Assembly: GCA_965287045.1 (NCBI GenBank)
Contig: OZ336877.1
Coordinates: 85,498,001-85,562,000 of the forward strand
DNA from: Carcharhinus amblyrhynchos
Lineage: Eukaryota
Length of the DNA stretch: 64,000 bases
Direction: 5' to 3'
Within the stretch, counting starts at the first letter, position 1. Each line of letters begins with the position of its first letter. The notes below the pieces were generated by a model. The model saw only the letters and a list, made by a program, of their open reading frames with translations. It had not been told where the DNA came from and did no database searches. Below, in pieces: positions 37,658 through 48,869 of this stretch. The position numbers were made by a program, and so were the translations under genes.

Positions 37658-39047
37658 ACAAACCAATAGACTATCACAGAACTCAGTGCTAGCCCCAATC
37701 TTGTTCAACGTATATAGAAATAATGCACCAACTGCCACGTCCAGCAAATTCATCAATGCTGATGACATCTATTGTGCCACCCAAGTTCTATCTTTCTGCA
37801 TTCCAGATCAAAAAGGATGTTACAACATTGATGAAATATTGCAGCATATACTGCTTCATGTTAAATCTCTCTAAGGTCAAAATCAACGTATACCACCTCC
37901 ATAATGCCAGGGTCTAAAAAGAATTGCATAGCCAAATGGATGGCTACAAACTAAAGCATGACCCCAACCCAGCGTACCTGGGAGTGACTTAAGATAAGAC
38001 TCTGTCCTTCCAGGAACATTTGAAGAAAACAGTAGAAAATGGTTAAAACCAGAAACAACCTACTAACCAAACTAGCTGGATTTACGTGGGGTGCTGCTGA
38101 CACAACAATTGTGCAAATATTCACTTTGGTAGGAAAAGCAGAAAGGCAGAATATTTCTTAAATGGTGAGATATTGGTGTGCAAAGGGACCTTGGTAAGCT
38201 TGTTCATGAATCACTAAAAGCTTGCATGTAGGTGCAGCAAGTAATTAAGAAAGCAAATAGTTTGCTGGCCTTCATCTCAAGGGGATTTGAGAACAGGAAT
38301 AAAGATGTCTTGTTGCAGTTGTATAGAGGTTTGGTGAGACATCACCAAGTGTATTGTATAATTTTGGTCTTGTCAAAGGGAATGTAATGGAGATTCACCA
38401 ATTGCACTTGCCCTATTACCATTCACAGCAGTATACCGTGCATCTGTCTGGCAAAGATCATCAGACATACATCTTGTTGACACAATTGAATGCTGCAATA
38501 TGCATCATAAGTGAAACTCCACTCAACACCCTTTCCTTGGCTTCATGTCATTGCATTCATCACCCCGTCACAATCCACTGGCTGATAAAAACCCACAAGC
38601 TGGTTGAAACCGTCCATTCTGTACCTGACTTACCATTCAATGATGATCTGTAAAACCCACCCACTACCTGCCTCCCATCTCAGCATCTCATAGAGAGCAC
38701 CCTTCCTAAGCAAGGTCTACCATCAGACATCCTTCTGATCAAGCAATGGGAAAAAGGAAAAGTCACTAGCAAGTTTCTTGCGACAAAACCCATCTGTTGA
38801 ATGGCAAGCTTTGGACTACCACAGCAAGAGTAGTTCCTGCTAATTAGATTCAGAATGGCCAGACTCCTGTGCACCAACCTCCACCACTGGGGCCTCAGTA
38901 TAACCCCTTAGACACTTATAGGAAGACACAAACAATGTTGTATATTATAAAACAGTGTACCCTCTACAGACGAAGTGGCAGACTAATCACCTTAAACTCC
39001 ACAAATGAGATGATCGCATGGCTTTGAAGATTTGCATTCACTAAATT
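37658..39047 (+). mobile_element. Vingi/Ingi-like LINE RT and C-terminal relic
   Basis: LSQNSVLAPILFNVY...SKFINADDIYCATQ, KTRNNLLTKLAGFTWG and NLHHWGL...QTMLYIIKQC. Confidence 0.7.
38108..38403 (+). repeat. ~290-bp CR1 segment duplicating 36930-37228
   Basis: Same start (AATTGTGCAAATATTCACTTTGGTAGG) and the same shortened ending AGGGAATGTA.TGGAGATTCACCA. Flanked by CAATTG on both sides. Confidence 0.8.
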
Positions 39048-39149
39048 AGAGGGAGGGCAAGATGGAAAACTATTGTTGAATTGGATGGAAAATTGGATTT
39101 AGTAGCAGCACTGTCAGATGATCAATCATGAATAGCCCAGCTAGAAATG

Positions 39150-41050
39150 GGTTGTGCTGGATTCTTTCTTCCTTTCTCCTCCTCTTCATCTCACTCTGAA
39201 GCTATTCACCATATGCCTGGAGGAAGGGCTTTGCCCTTGTGTTGGTGAGATTGTGTAGGAATGAGTATCATACATGGTAGGTATGGTAATCATCAGGCAT
39301 AGTAGTTTGTTGCATAAGCGATTCCAGGCTGAGGTAGCTAAATGGATACAAAATTGGCTCAACAGAAGCCAGACGGTGGTTGTAGAGGGCTGTTTTTCAA
39401 ATTGAAGGCCTGTGTAGCTGTGGCAGATGGAGTTTAATTTAGATAAATGCGAGGTGATGCATTTCGGTAGATTGAACCAGGGTAGGACTTACTCAATTAA
39501 TGATAGGGCACTGGGGAGAGTTACAGAGCAAAGAGATCTAGGGGTACAGCTCCTTGAAAGTAGAGTCACAGATGGACAGAATGGTGAAGAAGGCATTCAG
39601 CAAGCTTGGTTTCACTGGTCAGAACATTTAATACAGGAGTTGGGATGTCTTGTTGATGTTGTACAAAACATTGGTAAGGCCACACTTGGAATACGTGTAC
39701 AGTTCTAGTCACCCTATCATAGAAAGGATATTAAACTAGAAAGTGCAGCAAAGGTTTACTGGGATGCTACTGGTACATGATGGTTTGAGTTATAAGGAGG
39801 GGCTGGATAGACTGGGACTTTTTTCTCTGGATCATAGAAGGCTGAGGGGTGATCTTATAGAGGTCTCTAAAATAATGAGGGGAATAAATCAACTAGATAG
39901 TCAATATCTTTTCTCAAAGGTAAGATAATCTAAAACTAGAGGGCACAGGTTTAAGATAAGAGAGGAGAGATACAAAAGGGTACAGAGAGGCAATTTTTTT
40001 CTCACAGAGGGTGGTGAGTGTCTGGAACAAGCTACCAGAGGTAGTAGTAGAGGTGGGTATAATTTTGTCTTTTAAAAACCCCTTAGATAGTTACATAGGT
40101 TAGATGGGTATGAAGGGATATGGGCCAAATGTGTGCAATTGGGACTAGCTTGGGGGTTTAAAAAAAATGGCAGCATGGACAAGTTGGATCAAAGGGCCTG
40201 TTTCCATGCTGTAAACCCCTGACTCTATGACATGCTTTAACAAGTACTGGAGGACTCTTCCAGAAGGCCCCAGGCAACAGAAGCATTTTTTATGCAATTA
40301 GTAGTCTGCTTAATTAAGTTTTATGTGGCAATATAATACACATGCTATCCACGTGTGCTTGGGTTGCACACTAGGGTAATAAACCAAGTTAGGACTTGCC
40401 TCCAGTATCCCTTGTTTTGACATAGTGGCTGAAATACTGATGGTACAGCAGACTGGCACAAAATAAATGCATCATGGTTACAACCACGATTCCAGGGCAT
40501 TTGCCTACAAGGTGAGGTGGGCTTAGTTGCACACCAGTTGCACATTCAGGGAGCAAAATCCTTTAAGATCATGGTATATTTCCACATTTAGTTGAGGTAC
40601 CTACAAAGCCACATGTGCGCAATTAATGGCACTCAGTACCACTGGGAAGCCCACTATCTTGATATAGCTAGGTGCACGTTCCACATACTCTGACCAGAGA
40701 AAGTGAATGTATTCCCCTCTCTTGGTTTACAGCAATATTAACTTCCCTTATAAAGGTGTGGATAGAGAACTGGGAGGGTTTAAGATGTCATCTGATCCAA
40801 TCTGGACAGTGGGGAAGTTCACAGCCATGATCACTCTCATAGCCACTGGCCATACTGTCCTTGCTCTACTCAGACTACAGGTCTTCCTGCAAGAGATGGC
40901 AGATTTAAGTAAGTACCTTGTTTGTAAAACAGCGACTCCACACATACTATTCATTGTTGAGATTAAAATAAGAGAATTGCTAACTGAAAACCGTTTTTGG
41001 TAAGGACTCCTGCTGAGAGTCCTTCTGCCTTTGCAAACAGCTTGTACTTT
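39150..41050 (-). pseudogene. Harbinger DDE nuclease pseudogene split by a CR1
   Basis: RARTVWPVAMRVIMAVNF, INCAHVAL (IDCTHV-like), KGFCSLNVQLVCN, HDAFILCQSAVP, KGY, and LHNL on the other side of the CR1. Confidence 0.85.
39320..40232 (+). mobile_element. CR1/HER1 LINE 3' fragment
   Basis: MEFNLDKCEVMHFGR and LRGDLIEV motifs, with a GACTCTATGA tail. Confidence 0.92.
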
Positions 41051-41369
41051 TGTTCAATCCTCCTATTGTGTGTGTTATGATATAAAGGGACTAATCACTC
41101 ATAAGGAATTGTGCAACCATATTGTGGATTTGTTTCTTAATTTTAGGCAGCTATACATGGACAGCAAACTTGACTATACAGAGCTGCAGGTGGAAATGAA
41201 GCTGAGGTTGGATCACATGATATTAAAGTAATAGCATGCTTAATGGCACATCACATTTCCTTTTTTAAAGATACTTTCCACCTTCCAAAGAAGTTATTTA
41301 CAATATATATCAATTTTTATTTATAAGAGTGTATAGATGAATCTGACTCTCTAAAGCATAAAGGTAATT

Positions 41370-41728
41370 TTATTTGTTCATGGGATATGGGTGTCACTGG
41401 CTGGGCATGCATTTATTGCCCATTCCGAATCTAAGTGGCTTGCCAGGCCATGTCGAGGGGCATTTAAAAGTCAACCAATTTGCTGTGGATCTGGAGTCAT
41501 ATGTGGGACAGACCAGGTAAGGATGCCAGATTTCCTTCCCTAAAAGTCATTAGTGAACCAGGTGGCATTTTAGTGACAATGGTTTCATGGTTATCATTAG
41601 ACTTTAGTTTCAGACTTGAATTGAGTTCAAACTTCAATATCTGCCATGGTGGGATTCAAACCCAGGTCCCCAGATCATTACACTGGATTACTAGTCCAGT
41701 GACCATACCATTATGCCACCATCTCCCC
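41370..41728 (-). mobile_element. tRNA-derived SINE, SacSINE1/DeuSINE-like
   Basis: Minus-strand head GGGAGATGGTGGCATAATGG...GGGTTTGAATCCCACCATGGCAG, core CCTTACCTGGTCTG, and tail GGGCAATAAATGC...CCCATGAACAAATAAAA. Confidence 0.7.
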
Positions 41729-41759
41729 ACAAATTTAATTAATTAAATTTAACTTGTAA

Positions 41760-43140
41760 TGGCAATCATTTTTAGAGGTGTTTTTATTTCCTCTCCGTAT
41801 TCTGTGGGATGATTATTTTTGGGTGTTTTTCCTGGTTGCATTTGGGACCTAGTCCTCAACGCAATATGATTGTACCGCACTTGAAAGTCTAGAATAGAAC
41901 TGATTTGCCCTCGGTTATGCATTTGTATGTAATTACTTTATAGGGCCTTAGTTTTGAACAAATCCTTGCCACATCAGCTGGTTGCCATATACCTTCTGTG
42001 GGATCCTGAATGCAAACATGTTGTCCCAACTGTAAACTTGGCAATTCTGTACCCACACTTTTATTGTGCATCTTGGACATCTTCTGATCTCTGACAGAGT
42101 AGGTAGATTGGTAAGCACTGCCAAACATAAACTCTGCCAATGACGGAATAGTTGCACTTGAAAGTATCCCTCCCAAATGTAACATTGCAACGTGTAAATC
42201 TTGCAACGTGTAGATCTCGCTTAGTCTGTCTAAATTTGAGACTTAGGGATTGTGAGCCATTCATTCAGCTAGATCATTAGACCTAGGATAATGAAGAGTA
42301 GTAGTAATGTGAGTGATATTGTACTTTGCACATATATTCTGAAATAGCTTACAAATAAATTGTGGACTTTTATCTCTCTAGGGACACCAAATAAACTGAA
42401 AATAGAACTAAGAGTGAGACAACAATCGTACTTGACATATTGTGCACCCAAATAATGAAGTACTTCATAAAGTAGACAACAATGATGATGAAGTCAGTGC
42501 CACAGACACGAAAGAGGTTGAATACAATTTTGGAATCAATAGCTCTTTGTGTTGACATAGCATTTGCTCTTGACATGCATCTCCATTCTTCACAATGACT
42601 TCAATGCCACTGTTCATATATCAATCAAAGACTGTCTCTCGCTAGTCTTTTCATCAGATCTATGCCTGTGTGAATGATGAAACTGTTGAAGAATATCAAG
42701 TTGCAAAGATTCCAACTTAGCTCACCCTGTTAAGGTCAAAATGATCTCATATTTGTGGACATGTTGAATCGAATCCAGATTTTCTTCAATGATGGTTTCC
42801 CAGTTTCTGTAGAATGTAATCTTTTGATTTTTTTTGTAATTACTGGTATTTGCATTATGCAAAATGCACCCAGACAAATTACATTTTCCAGCAAATGTAA
42901 TGTTACAGCTTGCTTGAAACTTTCTTTGTTCTTCTTTTTAGGGGGTTTTAGTTCAGTCAGGCAGCATGGTCAGTGCAGAGTTGGAAGGCCAAAGAACCTG
43001 TTCCTGTGCTGTAATTTTCTTTGTTCTTTGTGCCAATTTTGCTGTAACAATCTGGATATTCTAATGTTAGATCATGAACTGAAATGTATGGAACAGTTTC
43101 TAAGGTTGATTTGGTGTATTTTATCTGACTAATTCCATGG
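41760..43140 (-). mobile_element. Gypsy internal relic (gag remnant and integrase)
   Basis: GTDFIIIVVYF, IFSLFGVPREI, PRSNDLAE and LPSLQLGQHVCIQDPTEGIWQPA. Confidence 0.8.
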
Positions 43141-43214
43141 ATTATTACCAGTTTGAGGTAACGGCATGCCAGCAGGCTTTCAATTATTGGACCTTTAGTC
43201 CCACAATTTATTTT

Positions 43215-45290
43215 AACTTATTTTACGCAGCATGTGGGTGTCGTGGCTAGGCTAGCATTTAGTGCCTATTCCTTTTCCCTTTCAGATGGTGGTGGCAGGC
43301 TACTTTCTTGAACTGTTGTAGTCTCTGACGTTGGTATATCCAATGCTGTTAAAGAGGGAGTTTCAGGATTCTAACCCAGCAGTTTTGAAGGAATAGTGAT
43401 ATATTTCCATGTCAGGATGGTGAATGACTTGGAGGGAAACTTCAGGTGGTGGTGTTCCCAGGTAGCTGCTGCTTTTGTCCTTCTAGATGGTACTAGTTGT
43501 GGGTTTGGAAGGTGCTTCATAAGGAACCTTGGTTAGTTTCTGCAGCACACCTTGTACATACAGGTGACTTTGTTCATTACTGTTGGAGAGATTGAATGTT
43601 TGTAGAAAGGGTAGCATTCAAGTAAGCCATTTTGTTCTGCATGGAGAGAGATTTTTGAGTTTTGTTTGAGTTGCACTCATCCAGGCAAGTGGCGAGTATT
43701 CCATTGTATTACTGACTTAATGCTTATAGAAATTGAACAGGCCTTGGAGGTTAGGAAATAAGTTACTCACCACAAGATTCTAAGCCTTTGACCTGCTATG
43801 ATCGCCACAGTATTTATATGGCTAGTCCAGTTCAGTTTCTGGTCAACGATAATCACCAGGATGTTGGTAATGGGAGATTCAGTGATAGTTATACCACTGA
43901 TTGTCAAGGGGTGATGCTTCGATCCTCTGTGTTGGAGATGGTGATTACTTGGCAAATGTTACTTGCCATTTGTCAGCCCAAGCCAGGATATTGTCCAGGT
44001 CTTGCTGCATTTGGACATGAAATGCTTCAATATCTGAGGAATTGTGAATAGTGTGAAACATTGCAGATCACTCACTGCACAAACATTACCAATTCTGATC
44101 TTGTAATTGAAGGAAGGTCATTAATGAAGCAGCTGAAGATGATTGCAGGAGTTCCCCAGAGTAGTGTACTGTGCTCAATGATGTCCTGGAGTTGGGATGA
44201 TTGACCTCCAACAATCACAACCATTTGCCTTTTGTGCCAGGTATAACTCCAACCAGTGGAGGGCTTTCCCCCAGTTCCAACTGACTGCAGTTTCTTTGGG
44301 CTTTTTAATACCATATTCAGTCAAATGATGCCTTGATGTTTAGGGCAGTTACTCTCATTTCACCTCACTAATTCAGGTAATTTGTCTATTTTTGAACCAA
44401 GGTTGTAATGCGGTCAGGAGCTGAGTGATTGAGCATAGAGTCAAACAGTACAGAGAAGGCGCTTCAGCCCATGGTCTGCACTAATAAAAACTTAAATATG
44501 CACTAATCTCACTTTCTAGAACTTGGCCTATACTAAATTTTATGACATCAAAAGGCACATGGATGTATACTTTCAAAGATTGTGAGGTTTCCCACTCTCC
44601 TACTCTTCCAGGCAATGCATTCCAGACTCCCATCACCCTCTGGGCGAAAATGTATTTCCTTAAATCCCCTCTAAACCGCCAAATCCATTTTTTTGTAGAC
44701 CACCTTTTCTTTTCCATAACAAGCTTAAATCATACTCTGTTGTGGTCACTATCTCTAAAATGCTTCCCCCACTACCACCTCAAACACCTTCCAGCTTCAT
44801 TCCCTAGAATTAGATCCAGCCCTTGTTGAACCTTCTACAGATTATTGCTGACTGTTATTTGAAAGCACTGTGGATGACCCCTTCCATCACTTTGCTGATG
44901 ATTGAGAGTGGACTGATGGGATGGTAATTGGCTGAGTTAGATTTGTCCTGTTTCTTGTGGACAGAACATACCTGAGCAATCCACATTGCTGGATAGATGC
45001 CAGATTTGCAGCTGTACTAGAACAATTTGGCTCAGTGTTTTGCCAGCTCTGGAGCACAAGTCTTTAGAACTATTGCCAGAATATGGTCAGGGCTCATAAC
45101 TTTTCCAGTATCCAAGTGCCTTCAGCCATTTTTTGACATCACAGGGAGTGAATCGAATTGGCTGGAGGCCGAGAGGGATCATGCACTCTTTATTTCTGGC
45201 TGAAGATTGTTGCAAATGCTTCAGCCTATCCTTTTGCACAGATTTGCTGGGCACCTCAGTCATTGAGAATGGGGATATTTGTGGAGCAAT
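43215..45290 (-). mobile_element. CR1/L2-group LINE of a distinct family, with an HER1-type CR1 fragment nested at ~44432-44700
   Basis: FSCFINDLPS, DQKLNWTSHINTVA..AGQRL and TPCDVKKWLKAL. Its 3' tail is shared with the SINE at 41370. Confidence 0.8.
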
Positions 45291-46574
45291 GTAGAACATC
45301 TGTGGCACCCAAGAGAATTAATTGTAACTTGTACTTCAGGGTTACGGAATCTACAAATGGAATTTGTACGCTCAAAAGTTTCATAGCAGCAGGTTTCCCA
45401 ATGGCCAAAGTGAAACTGGAGCTGTATCACATAACACATTTTCCTTTAAGGAATAGCAGTACGCCATCACTTTAAGTCATACTACAATACCTATCAGACC
45501 ACAGGTCAAGTAAAAATGATAACTGAATCATACATAATGTTGGGGGAGGTGAATGTAAATGGCCTAAGCTGAACACAAAGTTAGAACCTAGGCATTCGCC
45601 ACATGTAATACACTCTCTGTGGGCTTTACCAACTTTAAAGTAGCAGTAGAAATCTCATCACTTCCACAATCTCAGCAACAAACTGTAGAAATCAGTCAAC
45701 CATTAACCTGTGAGCAACAATACTTTTAAGTAGTGCTCCTTGAGCTGTCCTTCCTGCTACTGAATGCATGTTCAGTTGTACATGTTTAAGGGAAAACGTT
45801 AGGTGGAACACAAATTAGAAAGTAGCATTAGTGACATCAAATCAGTGTTGTGCACTTACTGACATCATAATCTTTATATTTTGGCAACTTTCCATATGTA
45901 CTCTGAATGTACATGTGAACACATCAAAATGGCAAGAGATGAAGCCTGCACCAAAAATGTGTCCATACAGCATGGATGCCATTTTGTACCCAAAACAGCA
46001 GCAATAATACCAAAAGCAGGGTTCTACGAAACTGGTTTTTGCAGCCAAAAATTGGAAGATTGGAATAACTTGCATCTCAATGCAATCCAGTAGCAGAAAA
46101 TCAACAACTACAACGTAACAGATGAGTAGGAATACCTATTACAAAATACAACTGTAAGCTTAATATGGACACAAAAGGACACAACATGTATTACAATCTT
46201 AACTGTTCAATCTAAATAGGTAAAGATTATTTCACTGGCTTCACTCTTAAAGATACTTGTTAACATTTTACATCCTTCAGATTTGCAAGTAGTCCCATTT
46301 ACATTCCTGGCTCAATCTGTTTTCCACAGTATTGGTTGTAAAACACCAAAGGGCATTTCTTAGAATAAAGGCATAACATAAATACAAGCTGTTAATGTTA
46401 AATGGTTTCCTTCTGTTTTTAAACAGAATAAACTTCATGTCAGTCTTTCAAATCGTAAGGTAAATATCACAGCAGTTTATCTGGGAGAAGTATAAAATAT
46501 GGATTGCCCACACTTGCAAGAAAAATTTGGCTTTCAAAGTCTGGAACTGAGAAAAAAAATGCTTTATAACAACC

Positions 46575-47560
46575 TCTAGCAGCAACTTTAATGTAATAAG
46601 ATTGCACAAGATACTTTGCAGGGGCTTTACAAATTAAAATAGACACTGAGCCGCAGAAGGTTATGAAGGGCAGATGGCTAAAAGCTTAACTGAAGAGAGA
46701 GGCTTTAAAGACCACATTTAAAGAAAAAAAGAGGTAGTAAGACATAGCACTTTAGGAAAGGAACTGTAGAGTTCAGGGCCCAGGTAGCTGAAGCATAGTC
46801 ACTAATGGTGGAGCAATTAAAATCAGGGATGTACAAGAAACTAGAATTAGATGTTTGCAGAGGATTGTTAGGCTGGAGGAGACTATAGAAATAGAGGTTG
46901 AGTTCCCGGAGGAAATTGAAAACAAGAATCAAAGCTTTAAAATCAGGAAATTACTTGACCAGAAACTAAATGTATATCAATGACACATAGGAGAGATCGC
47001 GGAATAGAACTTTGTGCGAGGATGGAAATTGATAGCAGAGCTTTGAATTACATTAGGTTTATGAAGGATACATTGCAGGAGTCTAGCCAAAACTAGAGAT
47101 AACAAAGACATGAACCAAGTTTCAGCAGTAGATGCGCTGAGGTGAAGAAAAAGTCAGATAACATTACAGGGGTGGAAATAGATGATTTTAGTGATGATGC
47201 AAATGAGACCAGAAGTTTATATCTGCACCAAATATAACATAAATTCTGAGCAGCCTGAGTTAGTATTAGACAGGTGCCAGACAGAGGGATGAATCAACAA
47301 CTGGAAAACAGAGAACCTTCAGCAGAAATTGAGGACACTGGCTTTGTTCTTGCCAATTTTAATTCTGCTATGTAGTAATAAATGTTAGTTAAACAGTCCC
47401 ATATTTTGGCAATTGTGGAGAAGTCAAGAGAGGTGGTATCAAGGTTGGGCTGAGTGTCATAAACATACATATGAAAACTAACACTGCTTTCAGCTGATGT
47501 TCCTAAGAGGCAGCAGGTAAATAAGAAAGAGAAGGGGGACTAAGGATATATCTTTGGGGG
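46575..47560 (-). mobile_element. Ancient L2-like LINE 3' relic
   Basis: Minus strand ends with an L2-type C-terminus (LLQPNNPLQTSNSSFLYIP...) and tail. Heavily diverged. Confidence 0.55.
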
Positions 47561-47574
47561 AATGTCAGAAGGAG

Positions 47575-47906
47575 CAGCTAGCACAGTAGTTAGCACTGCT
47601 GCTTCACAGCTCCAGGGACCTGTGGGTTCGATTCCCGGCTTGGGTCACTGTCTGTGTGGAATTTGCACATTCTCCCTGTGTCTGCACGGGTTTCCTCCGT
47701 GTGTTCCAGTTTCCTCCCACAGTCCAAAGATGTGCAGGTTAGGTTAATTGGGCATGCTAAATTGCCCCTTAATGTCCTGGGTTGTGTAGGTTAGAGGGAT
47801 TAGTTGGTAATATATGGGGATAGGGCTTGGGTGGGACTGTGATCGGTGCAGACCCAATGGGCCAAATGGCCTCTTTCTGCACTGTAGGGTTTCTATGATT
47901 TCTATG
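47575..47906 (+). mobile_element. HE1 V-SINE, full length
   Basis: tRNA head with GGTTCGATTCCC B-box, HE1 core and TTTCTATGATTTCTATGA tail. Confidence 0.92.
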
Positions 47907-48054
47907 AAGTGATACTTTGGCTCAATTAGATGGAAGATGGTGGAGACCTGTTGGAGGAGAATAGCATGATCAATTGTGTCAACGATTGCACGCAGGCCGA
48001 GAATATCGGGTAGTCTAACTTAACGTTATCGCAGTCACATAGGGTGTGAGATGA

Positions 48055-48715
48055 GAGGATTGTTATGGCTAACACGAGGGGACATAGCTTTAAATTAAGG
48101 AGTGGTAGTTATAGGACAGATGTCAGAGGTAGGTTCTTTACTCAGAGGGTAGTATGGGTGTGGAATGCCCTGCCTTCAGCAGTTGTGGACTCGCCAACTT
48201 TTAAGGGCGTTCAAATGGTCAGTGGATAGACATATGGATAACATTAGAATAGTTTAGGTTAGAGGGTCATTAGATTGGTTCCACTGGTCAGTGCAACATC
48301 GAGGGCCGAAGGGCCTGTACTGCACTGTAATGTTCTATAGAGGTTAAACAGTCTGAGAATTAAGGGTGACCTTTTTCAAACATATAAGATCATGAAGGGG
48401 CTTGACAGGATAGATAGTGAGAAGTTTTCACTGGTGGGAGAGTTTTGGACAAGGGGACAGCTACAAGATAAAGGCCAGTCATTTAAAACTGAACTGAATG
48501 AAACTTCTTGCAGAGATTGACAAATCTCTGGAATTCTCTGCCTCAAAGAGTGGAGGAGGCTGGATCATTAGAAATATTTGAAGTGGAGGTGGATAAATAT
48601 TTATAGATCTAGGCCATGGGAAATAACGTAAAAAAGGAGTTGAAGCCAGCACTGATCAGCCATGATCTGATTGAATGGCGGGGCAACTTCTCTTCTATTT
48701 CTTGTGTGTTCGTAT
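48055..48715 (+). mobile_element. Two adjacent CR1 3' fragments (~48055-48340 and ~48340-48715)
   Basis: TRGHSFKLR...RFFTQRV with a GGGCCGAAGGGCCT/TGTTCTAT tail, followed by a second, older 3' end. Confidence 0.85.
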
Positions 48716-48869
48716 GTCAATCTTGACGTTAATAAGACCTATTTCAGTATTCCAGCGAGAGAGAAATACAGATCTACATCTATATAGCAAATTCACAACT
48801 ACCAGATGTATCAAAGTGCTCCACAGCCAATGAAGTACTTCTGGAGTATAGTCACAATTTGTAAGAAAT

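Noticed and set aside
47575-47650. tRNA genes at SINE heads (also 9035, 11145, 16335, 41650)
   Set aside because: The A/B boxes run straight into SINE cores and no complete cloverleaf is present.
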